DNA of 63,567 bases from a virus (Duplodnaviria; Caudoviricetes), in IMG/VR virus record IMGVR_UViG_3300030430_004778, positions 1 through 63,567 of that record; one strand, given 5' to 3'. Under the pieces are notes generated by a model. That model saw nothing but the letters and a program-made list of their open reading frames with translations. It was not told the DNA's origin and searched no databases. This document shows, in pieces, positions 48,202-57,942 of this stretch. The position numbers and the translations under genes were made by a program. Every line of letters begins with the position of its first letter. The first letter of the stretch is position 1.

Positions 48202-49008
48202 TCACGAACAGTGCTTTGTTTTATAATATTCGCACACGCCATATTTACCGTAGCAAGAAAGTCTGTTTTTGACGTGATTGCATTTATTGATATTATACAC
48301 GGCTTTATTTAATAGTTTAAGGGCGTTGCCTATTTTCTTTTCACCGTTAGAAACTTTAAATATCTCTACATTATTTTTATTTGCCGTTCTCTTGAGTAAA
48401 GCAAAATGAGTAGTTACATCTTTATAACTTCTATTATGTTTTTTAGACCAAAAGTGTTTGTATAGACTTAACTGATAGGTTATCATTTTATCAGTTTTTT
48501 TCCGACTATCCCAACCCCAGGAGCAAGTTTTCCAATCAATTATGTGATATTTTTTAGTATCTGGTGTGTAAATCACAAGATCAACAAAACCTTTAAAATT
48601 TTTGTCTGTTTTTTCATTATCAATACTTTCGTAAAGCTGTTCTTCTACTGAAATCATCTCAAACTTACCAAAATATTTTTTTAAAGCAGGTAAAATAAAT
48701 TGAATTATGTGCTTTCCTTGAGCACGCATAGAATTTAAAAGATCTGCGGAAAACTCAATATTATCACTAGAATTTTTTATTTTTTGCAAATTTTGCAAAA
48801 ACTCTTTTTCAAAAAGTTGTTCGAGATTTTTAGACTTTTTATTTTCATCATAGTCTTGTACTATGACTTCACAAACTGTATGGAGAGCCGAACCAAAGGC
48901 AGTGTGTTCATTGCCTTTAAACTGTTTAATTTTATCAATGTAGTTTAATTTATGCTTCCAAGCACAAGTGGTCCACTCTTTAAGTTCTGAGTAGGATATG
49001 TGAGACAT
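48202..49008 (-). CDS. PD-(D/E)XK exonuclease, Cas4/RecB-like, with probable Fe-S cluster
   Basis: HISYS..C, FGSALH, VEE, GFVDL and IIDWKT; C-terminal C..C..C. Confidence 0.85.
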   Translation of the reverse strand: MSHISYSELKEWTTCAWKHKLNYIDKIKQFKGNEHTAFGSALHTVCEVIVQDYDENKKSKNLEQLFEKEFLQNLQKIKNSSDNIEFSADLLNSMRAQGKHIIQFILPALKKYFGKFEMISVEEQLYESIDNEKTDKNFKGFVDLVIYTPDTKKYHIIDWKTCSWGWDSRKKTDKMITYQLSLYKHFWSKKHNRSYKDVTTHFALLKRTANKNNVEIFKVSNGEKKIGNALKLLNKAVYNINKCNHVKNRLSCYGKYGVCEYYKTKHCS

Positions 49009-49407
49009 TTATTCCTCTGTTTTTTTCTTTCTGGTTGCCCTTTTTCTTTTTGGTTTTGTTTTCGGCATCTTTTTTAAACCATTGGGCAACGAAGCTTCTT
49101 TTTTTTGCTCCTTTATAGGAGACTCAGCTTCAATTTTTGTTTTATCTATTTTAACATTATCTTTTAAAATGTCAAGATCTATATTTTTCTTCGCAAAAAC
49201 CCAAGTACCGCTGAATTTATCAATATTATTTAAAACATTGGATGGTGAAGATAATATTTCACCTATGTTTACATTTGGGTGATTTTTGTTAATCCACTCG
49301 ATTGCATTACTATTTGTAAATAACATAGTGCTGCCTCTTTTTCCTCTAAATTTAAGTTTAACTTTTAAAACCACTTTATCATCCTTATCTTCTAAAATAA
49401 TGTTCAT
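49009..49407 (-). CDS. Hypothetical protein with basic C-terminal tail
   Basis: 132-aa ORF with AAGGAG SD. Confidence 0.7.
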   Translation of the reverse strand: MNIILEDKDDKVVLKVKLKFRGKRGSTMLFTNSNAIEWINKNHPNVNIGEILSSPSNVLNNIDKFSGTWVFAKKNIDLDILKDNVKIDKTKIEAESPIKEQKKEASLPNGLKKMPKTKPKRKRATRKKKTEE

Positions 49408-50084
49408 GTTTTCTCCTTAAAATCAAAAAGTGAATCTATTTTTTGGTAAAGAACCGGACTAATTTCTTTTAATTTTCCTCTACTTTTCAGTAAATAGTTT
49501 TCAAAACCATTCGCCCAATACTCTCTCAAAGCAGTAATAGCGTAAGGAGAATAAAACAATTCAGCAGACATCCCTCTTAATTTATCGTAACCGATATTAC
49601 GATATAAATGTTGATCAAAATCGTAATCATAATCTGGATTATCATAATCATCGATGTCGTATTTATCATCATCCAAAAGATAATATAAATATTTTCTTTT
49701 AGCTAAAAACTCACGCTCTAAACGACCGTCACCATATATTTCATCTTCATTTTTTTCTTCAATAGCGTGAGCCAGTTCGTGAAGTATATCATCTAATAAA
49801 TCTGCTTCATTATCTTGTTCTGGTGATAAATATATTGCACCATCTTTGAACATAGCATTGTACTCACGACCATCTTTAAAAAATTCTTTCACATAGCCTA
49901 CAAAAAATCCATCAACATTGTCAAAGAAATGTTCTGGTGTGAGTGTTTCAATTTTGTTTTTTATAAAATCTAAATTAATTTTATTTTCAAATTGTTGTAA
50001 AAAAATAAAAGGTTTTCCGTAAATGTTATACTGTTTTAATTTTTTTTTAGATTTATTCATACCTTCAATTATATATTCTTTCAC
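49404..50084 (-). CDS. Putative zinc metallopeptidase (HExxH)
   Basis: ILHELAHAIE plus downstream REYWANGFE. Confidence 0.65.
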   Translation of the reverse strand: MKEYIIEGMNKSKKKLKQYNIYGKPFIFLQQFENKINLDFIKNKIETLTPEHFFDNVDGFFVGYVKEFFKDGREYNAMFKDGAIYLSPEQDNEADLLDDILHELAHAIEEKNEDEIYGDGRLEREFLAKRKYLYYLLDDDKYDIDDYDNPDYDYDFDQHLYRNIGYDKLRGMSAELFYSPYAITALREYWANGFENYLLKSRGKLKEISPVLYQKIDSLFDFKEKT

Positions 50085-50329
50085 TTCGGTATCTCTGCTC
50101 TATCTACGTCAGCTAAAGCTTGGCGATATCCTCGAATAAAATTCTCTTCAGCTAATGGCATAAGAAATTCTGGAAATTCCTGCGCCATTACTTGAATGAT
50201 CATTTCAACATTAACTTGGTCATTTTCAGGCTGAAGCTTGTCTCCAACATAATTTACAAGCCAAGATTTCATTTCATTTTCAGGCTCTACTGGCTTGAGT
50301 AGATCTGGGTTTTCGTCTTCTACCGACAT
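50081..50329 (-). CDS. Hypothetical protein
   Basis: 82-aa ORF with AAGGAGAG SD. Confidence 0.7.
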   Translation of the reverse strand: MSVEDENPDLLKPVEPENEMKSWLVNYVGDKLQPENDQVNVEMIIQVMAQEFPEFLMPLAEENFIRGYRQALADVDRAEIPK

Positions 50330-50371
50330 AAGCTCTCCTTTTTATTAAATATATCAGATATTTTAGATAGT

Positions 50372-51685
50372 TTAAAGTATTTTAGACGCTATTGTTGCAA
50401 CTTTAGAACGTTCACCCTTTCTAAGCGTTACATGCCCAGAAATTTCAAAAGTTTTAAATTTTTCAACCGCGTGGGTAAGCCCATTAGAGGTTTCGTCTAA
50501 ATAAACATTATCAATTTGCTCTATATCACCAGTTAAAACAATTTTTGTACCTTCACCAACTCTAGTCAAAATAGTTTTAAGCTCATGGGCAGTTAAATTT
50601 TGTGCTTCATCTATGATGATAAAAGCATTAGCTATCGATCTACCTCTTATATAAGTTAGTGCTTCTACCTCTATCTTACCTCTATCCATATAAGTTTCTA
50701 ACGTTGCTTTATCATTAGCCATTAGGTACTCTAGATTATCTCTAATTGGAGCGACCCAGGGAGACATTTTTTCTTCCATTGTTCCCGGCAAAAATCCAAT
50801 GTCTCTACCCATGGGTTGTATTGGTCTAGAGACTACGAGACGACTATATGTTTCTTTTTCTACGACTTGGCTAAGACCGGCTGCGATTGCCATTAAGGTT
50901 TTGCCGCAACCAGCCTTGCCCACTAACGTAACAACATTTATTTTTTTATCTTCCAATAAATCCATAGCAAATATCTGCTCTTTATTTCTAGATTTCAAAC
51001 CCCAAAGTCTTTTTTTATTGCCGGGATTGAGCAACTTCAGGGGTTTCTCATAAGATTCAAACTTTCCTAGAGCAGTCTTTTTTTCATTTTGATTTGATAT
51101 CAACATTAAAAATTGATTTGGATTTAACTCTAACTCTTCTTCTTCAATATAAACTTCTTCTCCATTATAAAACCTGTCCAAAACAGGTTCATCAACTAAA
51201 TGTTCGACAAAGCCAGTGTATATATTATCTGTATCTTTTATAACTTGATCTGAATTGTAATCCTCAGTCGGAAGACCCAAAGAATCGCATTTAACACGCA
51301 TGTTAATGTCTCGTGTGACCACGATTACTTTTCTTTTTGGGTTTTCATTTTTTTGGTTTAACGCAACGCTAATGATCTCATTGTCAGGAACAGATAAATC
51401 TAAATCATCTGGTACACCTTGTTTTTTAACCATCTTCACGCATATTAGACCCTTCCCTTTGTCAATTCTAACACCTTTGGACAAACTACCTTTTTCACGA
51501 AGCGCATCTAGATCACGAATGATCATTCTTGCATTTGTTCCTGCGCCATCTTGTCTTTTTTTATTGTTGTCTATTTCTTCAAGAACTTTTAAGGGAAGAA
51601 CAATATCGTTATTACCATAAGATCGAATACAATTTGCATCTGTTAAGCAGACACTTGTATCAAGAATATAAATTTTTTTAGCCAT
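50372..51685 (-). CDS. phoH: PIN-PhoH protein (PhoH2/YlaK family)
   Basis: PIN: YILDTSV, LEEID, DNEII, VTRDINMRVK. PhoH: GKAGCGKT, GFLPG, IRGRS, IIDEAQN, GDIEQID. Confidence 0.95.
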   Translation of the reverse strand: MAKKIYILDTSVCLTDANCIRSYGNNDIVLPLKVLEEIDNNKKRQDGAGTNARMIIRDLDALREKGSLSKGVRIDKGKGLICVKMVKKQGVPDDLDLSVPDNEIISVALNQKNENPKRKVIVVTRDINMRVKCDSLGLPTEDYNSDQVIKDTDNIYTGFVEHLVDEPVLDRFYNGEEVYIEEEELELNPNQFLMLISNQNEKKTALGKFESYEKPLKLLNPGNKKRLWGLKSRNKEQIFAMDLLEDKKINVVTLVGKAGCGKTLMAIAAGLSQVVEKETYSRLVVSRPIQPMGRDIGFLPGTMEEKMSPWVAPIRDNLEYLMANDKATLETYMDRGKIEVEALTYIRGRSIANAFIIIDEAQNLTAHELKTILTRVGEGTKIVLTGDIEQIDNVYLDETSNGLTHAVEKFKTFEISGHVTLRKGERSKVATIASKIL

Positions 51686-51765
51686 GTTAACTCACTTTGT
51701 TAAACACTTGATCTTTCTCGCTAAAGCACTCATTTTGAGTTAATTTAGTACAAAGAAGCAATCAT

Positions 51766-51775
51766 TATAAATAGT
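51766..51775 (-). promoter_or_regulatory. Putative late promoter (ACTATTTATA)
   Basis: Identical to the motif at 2089-2098; intergenic, upstream of phoH. Confidence 0.5.
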
Positions 51776-51865
51776 CTTTTTGTTTATAAAAAAGGAAAAA
51801 GCAACACGGCATACTTATTTATTTATATGGGAGTAAAAATCTCAGAGACATCGGAGGATAAAAAA

Positions 51866-52624
51866 ATGAGTAGGGTTATGGTTGGTACCCTCGCATTCGT
51901 TATGCTGTTTACTTTCTCTTGCGGCACAATGAATTCAAGTGTAAAAAATGATTTTCCAAGAGAAGGATTTGCGTTTATTAGCAAAACAGTTCAGTTGAAA
52001 AGATGCTTTGGTAAAGACAATTGTGCCACAATGGATTTACGATCTTCAGGATCTGGTTACGTTGTTAGACTATCCGACAAAGGCGCCTATATAGTTACCG
52101 CCGCACACGTTTGTGATGGTGAAAGAGGTTTATTAGAATCGGTTGAACAAACTATTCATATGAGAGTTTCAACATTATCATTAAAAAAATATGATGCGAT
52201 TGTTCTAAAAAAAGATCAGTCAATTGACGCTTGTTTGCTTTTTGCCGAGGGTTTAACTGAAGGGGTAGAGGTTATACCTTTAGCAGAAAAGCCTCCAAAA
52301 AGAGGTGAAAAAGTCTACAATATAGCGGCTCCTTTGGGCATGTTTGATTATGATATGGTTCCAGTCTTCGAAGGTAGGTATGCTGGTGAGGAAAGTGGGC
52401 AAGACGTCTATTCTTTAGCTGCTACTTTTGGATCTTCTGGATCTATGATATTAAATTCTAAAGGTGAGTTAGTAGGAATGGTTCACTCTGTTTTGGTAAA
52501 GTTTAGAAATATTGCTATTTCTTCACCTTATGAAAAATTAATGAATTTTATTAGAGGCGGTCTTTCCGAAGTAATATTAGCTGAATGGGCTTGTGTTGCA
52601 CCGAGTAAGTGTCTTAAATATTAA
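51866..52624 (+). CDS. Trypsin-like serine protease, probable lipoprotein
   Basis: GGAGG SD then ATG at 51866; signal peptide ending FTFSC; SGSG, TAAHVC, D and FGSSGS triad motifs. The only credible plus-strand gene. Confidence 0.85.
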   Translation: MSRVMVGTLAFVMLFTFSCGTMNSSVKNDFPREGFAFISKTVQLKRCFGKDNCATMDLRSSGSGYVVRLSDKGAYIVTAAHVCDGERGLLESVEQTIHMRVSTLSLKKYDAIVLKKDQSIDACLLFAEGLTEGVEVIPLAEKPPKRGEKVYNIAAPLGMFDYDMVPVFEGRYAGEESGQDVYSLAATFGSSGSMILNSKGELVGMVHSVLVKFRNIAISSPYEKLMNFIRGGLSEVILAEWACVAPSKCLKY

Positions 52625-53007
52625 TATCGATAAGTCGGTCTTTTTCTGCTCCAAATAGTCAGACCTAGTTTGTTCTTAACCCAGATTAGGTCTGTATATA
52701 AATTCATATAATCTGTATAATTTTCTTCATCTGTGTGTGCTTGCATAAAAGTGAATTCATCCATTTGAAAAAATGTATCTAAATAGAAATTAACTTTATT
52801 ATCAATTTGTTGTCTATTGTTAGCTATTGATGTTCTTGTATCTGGTAGAGTGAATTCATAGTTATTTCTGTCGTGTGTAACTGTTATTAGCAGTCTACCT
52901 GTTACTAGTTGAACCTTTAAACTTATGTGGTCAATATTAGTAACATACCAGTGCTCTTGCTCATATGAACGAATTGAATTTCTTTTTTTTCCATATTTAG
53001 ATGCCAT
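52621..53007 (-). CDS. Hypothetical protein
   Basis: 128-aa ORF coupled to the upstream gene by TAATG. Confidence 0.65.
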   Translation of the reverse strand: MASKYGKKRNSIRSYEQEHWYVTNIDHISLKVQLVTGRLLITVTHDRNNYEFTLPDTRTSIANNRQQIDNKVNFYLDTFFQMDEFTFMQAHTDEENYTDYMNLYTDLIWVKNKLGLTIWSRKRPTYRY

Positions 53008-53213
53008 TAATCTACTGCCGATATCAAACTTGCTTTAACAAACTCAACTTTTTTATTTTTATTTTTCGGATCTTGTAAAGTTAGATATTGTTCTGAATTC
53101 CAACGGAGATATTGAATATCTTCTAACAACCAAACTTTATTTTTATAGTAAACTGGGGAGCCAATGTAAGCTCTTTTTCCATTCCCATCTAAAGTAAATC
53201 TTGTTGTAGACAT
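53007..53213 (-). CDS. Small hypothetical protein
   Basis: Likely start MSTTRF at 53213 after AGGGG. Confidence 0.6.
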   Translation of the reverse strand: MSTTRFTLDGNGKRAYIGSPVYYKNKVWLLEDIQYLRWNSEQYLTLQDPKNKNKKVEFVKASLISAVD

Positions 53214-53226
53214 TTTAAAAACCCCT

Positions 53227-53457
53227 TTAAGGGGTTTCTGACCCCTCTTCTCTTCGATGTATTGCAAAATCATCTAATGCATCAGCACAATCTAATGCCT
53301 CTGCTAATATTGTAGTCCATTTATCAACTTCTTTTAAGATATCGGTATGTTCTCCAACCATGACAGTTTTGGTAAATAACATATCTAACATTGCTCTTGC
53401 TTCTTCTGCTTGGGCTTCATATTTTAATTTGGCTGCATTAAATAATTTATTATTCAT
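53227..53457 (-). CDS. Small hypothetical phage protein
   Basis: 76 aa; KYEAQ..A...VGEH.DI..EVDK pattern. Confidence 0.7.
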   Translation of the reverse strand: MNNKLFNAAKLKYEAQAEEARAMLDMLFTKTVMVGEHTDILKEVDKWTTILAEALDCADALDDFAIHRREEGSETP

Positions 53458-53831
53458 AAAACCTCTTTTTCTTCTTCTTCAAAAAATGAAATTGTATTGT
53501 ATTTTTTAATATAGCGATTAAATTCCATATAGTCAACCCCTAAAAATCTTGCGGCTTCTTTTTTTGTTCTTGCAATACTTAAAGCTGTTTTTAGTAATGC
53601 ATCTGTTACTGCATGTCTGGTTAGTCTCCAGATAGGTATACCATAGAATTTACCACAAAGATACCTGGTAGATAATTCTAATTTAACAGCTATTAAATCT
53701 TCTAAAGATATATTATTAATATTATTTAAAGTATTATCAGTAATTTTCTTTTCAGATTTTAGTTTGTTTATTATACTATATTTTGAATATTTTGTAACAG
53801 TATTTTTCTTTTTTTTATTTTTCCATGACAT
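53454..53831 (-). CDS. Fis-like helix-turn-helix DNA-binding protein
   Basis: C-terminal LLKTALSIARTKKEAARFLGVDYMEFNRYIKKY. Confidence 0.7.
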   Translation of the reverse strand: MSWKNKKKKNTVTKYSKYSIINKLKSEKKITDNTLNNINNISLEDLIAVKLELSTRYLCGKFYGIPIWRLTRHAVTDALLKTALSIARTKKEAARFLGVDYMEFNRYIKKYNTISFFEEEEKEVL

Positions 53832-53873
53832 ATATTAAATAATAATAGAAATAATGATATAGTTTAATTAATA

Positions 53874-54593
53874 TTATTTATTATAGTCTGGTGATTCTGG
53901 TTCTGGTAAGGTAGGTTGAAGCTCTTCTTCAAATCTATCAAAGTAAAGTTTAAGATTGGTTAACATATATTCTTTATACAATTTTCTGTCTTCATCATCA
54001 GCTAGTGATTCATAGGCATCTTGAATTTGATTTTCCACTTTATTAAATGTAGTGGAAGCGAAATTTCTACCAGTAACATTCATACCCTCTAAATCTTGAA
54101 AAGTTTTAGGTTCTTCGACTTCTTCTGGTTCAGTTGGCATGTCTTGATCACGAACTGGAATAAATTTATCTTCTACATCGATATCCAAAGAAATTTCTTC
54201 TTCAAGTTCATTTTCTTCTTGACTTCCTTCGACCCCTGCTGTAAGATCTACTGGTGCTAAAGAATTCTGTACTGCGTTTAATATGTGGGCTCTGAAAGAA
54301 TCTCTTTGTTCTTTAGAAGTAGTAAGCGCTTTATAAGCATCTTCAACAATAGGAATGACAACTTTTAAAGTATCTTCAAGAACGTTGATCCCCGTTGCTC
54401 TTTGAGGCTGCTCATCAGGAACATCAGCACTGACTTCTTTAATGAGAGATCGAATAACACTTCGAAGTCTATTTTCTTCAAGCATTACTTTTTCTTTCTT
54501 TTCAGCAAGATAATTCTCTAGAAGGCCACGAATTACTTTTCGAAAACGTTGTTCTTCTTTTAGCTCTTTTAAAAATTCATCGCGATCAATCAT
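53874..54593 (-). CDS. Acidic hypothetical protein (possible internal virion protein)
   Basis: ATG at 54593 after GGAGAG; repeated RxVIRxL(L/I)xE motifs. Confidence 0.7.
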   Translation of the reverse strand: MIDRDEFLKELKEEQRFRKVIRGLLENYLAEKKEKVMLEENRLRSVIRSLIKEVSADVPDEQPQRATGINVLEDTLKVVIPIVEDAYKALTTSKEQRDSFRAHILNAVQNSLAPVDLTAGVEGSQEENELEEEISLDIDVEDKFIPVRDQDMPTEPEEVEEPKTFQDLEGMNVTGRNFASTTFNKVENQIQDAYESLADDEDRKLYKEYMLTNLKLYFDRFEEELQPTLPEPESPDYNK

Positions 54594-54597
54594 TAAT

Positions 54598-57366
54598 TTA
54601 CTCTCCAAGTTTCTGTAATAAATAGTTTAACGCCTCATTAACTTCTTTTTCAGAAACTTTTTTACGTTTTCTTGGTTTAGCACCGAGAGGCAGAGCATAT
54701 CCTTCGACAGATCCGCCGGCCATTGAAGATATTTCTTCTATTTCTTCTTCAGTTAAACTGACGGCCCCTTGTCCACCAGTAGAGGAAACAGCTACGCTTC
54801 CTACAAATTTTTCAATAGCATCTTTAGTTAAATTTTCTTCATCCCCAGTTTTTATATATTCAAGAGGAATAGGAACACCCAGATCTTTGTTAAGTTTATT
54901 AAGCAGCGCTTCTCTGTTTTGAAGTTGTTTACCATTAGCCTTAACTAATCCTTCTGATTGTCTTTGAGTGTATTCTGGAAAGTCTTCAGCGTAGCCAGGG
55001 TGTCTTTTTCTGAATGACTTCATAAAAGAAGCCACTGGTACTTGAGGGAACTTTATCATAGAATAAAGTTGTTGAAATGTTTTTGGCTTTGTTTTTTTGA
55101 TTTCTTTGTCAAACATTGCCTTAATTCTATTGTTGATAAAGGTATCTCGCATTTCCATATATTTTACCACCCCCGGCTGTTTGCGACCAGTGGGGGTGTC
55201 GATGTACTGGGCATTCTGCAGGTGCGCAGTGTCTGGGTGTCCAATAATTCTATTAGTCATATGTTCAAGTTCGTGACGAACATCATAATCTGGGTCACTC
55301 TCGTGATAATGGTGAATAAGACCTCCTAAGTTGGGAATAAGAGAAACTGGATTAGCTAACATTTGTTTTGCTACTTCACCACCAGGAATAATTTCTTTGT
55401 CACCCATTGGTCCAGCTTTATATTTACCGCTTTTTAGAACTTTGATTGCCTTCTCAACTGCTTTTGGGGTCTTTTTAAAATATTTTTTTCTTATATCGTC
55501 GTAAAAACCCTCTTCAAGAAGAACTTCTTCTACTAACCCACGAAAGATACCCAAGAATGGGTCGTTTGCCTCCTTTTGGGTTGTTTTTGGTTTTAGCGTA
55601 AGTTCCTTCTTTACCATATCTACTATGTAGTCTACTCTATCTTTTGATGTATCTGGTAAATATTTATCAATATCACTGCCATCTGCAATGGCTTGTCTAA
55701 ATTTACTAGCATGTAAAACTTCACCAACAGGTTTGAAAGCATAGTCGAGAGGATTTAGAACTTCTGCTTCTTCAGCATACTTTTGAACGTTACCAGCGAA
55801 ACGTTCGGCAGCATCGCCATCTTTTGTTGAAGCACCAAGAATAATTTTTGTACCTTTCATCTCCGGTCTTTTTCCATAGTTCATCGCGGCACCTACGGGT
55901 GAGGGAGCCTCTGGAATTTCAACATCAACGTTAGTAAGGTTAGCGTCATCTAAATAAAGATTCAAAATTACTTCAGCAGTTTTGGCTGTAACCCCATCTC
56001 TCTCTTTTGGACTAACCAAAACAACCACTCTATCAGCAATTTTAGAGTAGTGCTTGATCATGTCTAGATGGCCTCTGTGAGCAGGTTTAAACTTTCCTGG
56101 TAAAATAGCAACAGTTTCGCCCTTATTCTGCTCTCGAAGCAATTCCTTTACCATCTGTGGGATTTTGCCCCTTCCGTACTTAAATAACCCCAAAAGTTGG
56201 TTCATTGGAGCAAAGTTTCCTGTAAACTTATACATTTGACCATTGTGTTGGAATACAAACCCTTCAACAACTGTGTCAATGTTGTCATGATGCTTTATTT
56301 TGTTTAGTTGTCGAACTAAAATATCTTGTGCTGCTTCTTTTTCTGGCCCATCGTAAGTTTGTATAGCCCGTATCGCTTGTTCAGTTTCTTTTTTAAGTCT
56401 TTCTACCTCTGCTTCATTATCCAAAACATAAGCGCTTTTTAAACCGCGGAGAAGCTCTACAGCAAAATCATGGATGGCCATTTCAATCGGCTGAACTAGT
56501 TTGGCAATTAAAAATTTTGAGTTTTTATTAAAAGCAGAAACTTTATCTTTAACCTCTTTACTCATACCTCTTGTTATTTGTGAGGTGGTTGGTGCCGATT
56601 TATCGCCCAACATTCTTCTAACAAGAGATTCAACCCTTTCATTGTCCAATTCTGGGAAACTTTTTGTAGTATAGGGAGTTAATTTATCTTGAAGGTAATC
56701 TTGAATGGACATGTCGCCCGAATATCCAGTTTTTCTAATCTTATTTAAGGTATCTTCTATGAATCCCTCATCTGTTATTTTATTAAGAGTTAAAAAAGCA
56801 GTCCTGCGCACAGAAAAGTCTTGATCCGCTGTGGCCTCTTCAAATTTATCAATTACACTGTCAAGAAAGTTAGATTCTTTTTCGTTCGCTACAACCTCTA
56901 AAGAGTTATCCTCTTTATTATATTTTTTATGCCCCATTCTATGAATGTTCACGACATTTTCGTCATAGTTAACAACATTTGGAGCAATTGGGCCTTGAAT
57001 CTCAGTATTATAGAATATTTCACCATTCGGGCCAAATATTTTAGCTTTTTCACTGTCTGAAAGTGACTCAACGGCCTTTACATACGCATTAAAAGCAGTA
57101 ACATATGCCTTTCTCGCACTTTCACCACCACGAAATTCACGATTAATAAGATCTTCAAAAGTCATCCCACCACGAGACATATCACCTTTATTTCTTGCCG
57201 CACGAGGCTTGCCGTCGACATAACCAAGAAATATATTATAGCCGTCAGTCTTTTCTGTTCCTACAAGTTCGCCTTTAGCGGCTTTTTGTAGGATGTCGGC
57301 CATTTCGTTAAAAGTGAGATTACGATTATCGTAAAGATGTGATAAGTGTCCTGCTACGCCGCCCAT
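54598..57366 (-). CDS. Fusion of an RNA-ligase-like nucleotidyltransferase domain, a HIGH-type nucleotidyltransferase and an HExxH region
   Basis: TEKTDGYN (motif I), EGFVF and YKFTG (motifs IV/V); AILPGKFKPAHRGH..HASKFRQ; RHELEH. Confidence 0.7.
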   Translation of the reverse strand: MGGVAGHLSHLYDNRNLTFNEMADILQKAAKGELVGTEKTDGYNIFLGYVDGKPRAARNKGDMSRGGMTFEDLINREFRGGESARKAYVTAFNAYVKAVESLSDSEKAKIFGPNGEIFYNTEIQGPIAPNVVNYDENVVNIHRMGHKKYNKEDNSLEVVANEKESNFLDSVIDKFEEATADQDFSVRRTAFLTLNKITDEGFIEDTLNKIRKTGYSGDMSIQDYLQDKLTPYTTKSFPELDNERVESLVRRMLGDKSAPTTSQITRGMSKEVKDKVSAFNKNSKFLIAKLVQPIEMAIHDFAVELLRGLKSAYVLDNEAEVERLKKETEQAIRAIQTYDGPEKEAAQDILVRQLNKIKHHDNIDTVVEGFVFQHNGQMYKFTGNFAPMNQLLGLFKYGRGKIPQMVKELLREQNKGETVAILPGKFKPAHRGHLDMIKHYSKIADRVVVLVSPKERDGVTAKTAEVILNLYLDDANLTNVDVEIPEAPSPVGAAMNYGKRPEMKGTKIILGASTKDGDAAERFAGNVQKYAEEAEVLNPLDYAFKPVGEVLHASKFRQAIADGSDIDKYLPDTSKDRVDYIVDMVKKELTLKPKTTQKEANDPFLGIFRGLVEEVLLEEGFYDDIRKKYFKKTPKAVEKAIKVLKSGKYKAGPMGDKEIIPGGEVAKQMLANPVSLIPNLGGLIHHYHESDPDYDVRHELEHMTNRIIGHPDTAHLQNAQYIDTPTGRKQPGVVKYMEMRDTFINNRIKAMFDKEIKKTKPKTFQQLYSMIKFPQVPVASFMKSFRKRHPGYAEDFPEYTQRQSEGLVKANGKQLQNREALLNKLNKDLGVPIPLEYIKTGDEENLTKDAIEKFVGSVAVSSTGGQGAVSLTEEEIEEISSMAGGSVEGYALPLGAKPRKRKKVSEKEVNEALNYLLQKLGE
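54617..54626 (-). promoter_or_regulatory. Putative late promoter (ACTATTTATT) within the end of the upstream CDS
   Basis: Same motif, about 24 nt upstream of the ATG at 54593. Confidence 0.5.
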
Positions 57367-57376
57367 TTAGTTTCTC

Positions 57377-57691
57377 CTACTCGGTTGGTCTTTCTAATTG
57401 ACCGGGTTGATCTTGTTTTAGCTGGTTTAATTGTTTAAGTAATAGAGTTATTTTATCTTCTAAATTAAAAATCTCTGTTTGTTTGTCAAAATAATAATTT
57501 GAGCTTCTGATATCCATTAAGTCATAATCATCTTGCGCTCTTGACTCTTCATCATCAATAATTTTGCGCGCAGCTTTAACGGCTCCACGCAATCTTTCGA
57601 TCTTTTTTGAGATACCCATTATGTGCTCTTCTTTGCCTTCTTCAAGAACTTCTTTGATTATTTTTTTTAAAGTTGACTTTGTTATCTTCAT
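57377..57691 (-). CDS. Small coiled-coil protein with N-terminal MKITKSTLKKIIKE motif
   Basis: 104-aa ORF with ATGA overlap. Confidence 0.7.
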   Translation of the reverse strand: MKITKSTLKKIIKEVLEEGKEEHIMGISKKIERLRGAVKAARKIIDDEESRAQDDYDLMDIRSSNYYFDKQTEIFNLEDKITLLLKQLNQLKQDQPGQLERPTE

Positions 57692-57942
57692 TCTTTGCCT
57701 TCCTCCAACACGCGAACTTGCTCTTCTAGAAGTGAAATTTTATTTTCGAGAGTTCTAACAACTCTTTTTATTTCAAGTAAGTTTTGACGAGCAACTGATA
57801 GTTGTCTACTTTCCCTTTGACTTTTTGGTCGCACTTCGTCTAAGATACGAAGAACAGACTCGACATAAGCACGAGCAGTAGGATTACTTTTAACTTCTCC
57901 TATCAAAAAGTCCCTGGTCATTTTTCTTAAATCAACTTTCAT
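57688..57942 (-). CDS. Small coiled-coil protein
   Basis: 84-aa ORF with TAATG coupling. Confidence 0.7.
   Translation of the reverse strand: MKVDLRKMTRDFLIGEVKSNPTARAYVESVLRILDEVRPKSQRESRQLSVARQNLLEIKRVVRTLENKISLLEEQVRVLEEGKE

Noticed and set aside
48202-49008. CRISPR-Cas system
   Set aside because: Solo Cas4-like nuclease, common in phages; no other cas genes or repeat-spacer array seen.
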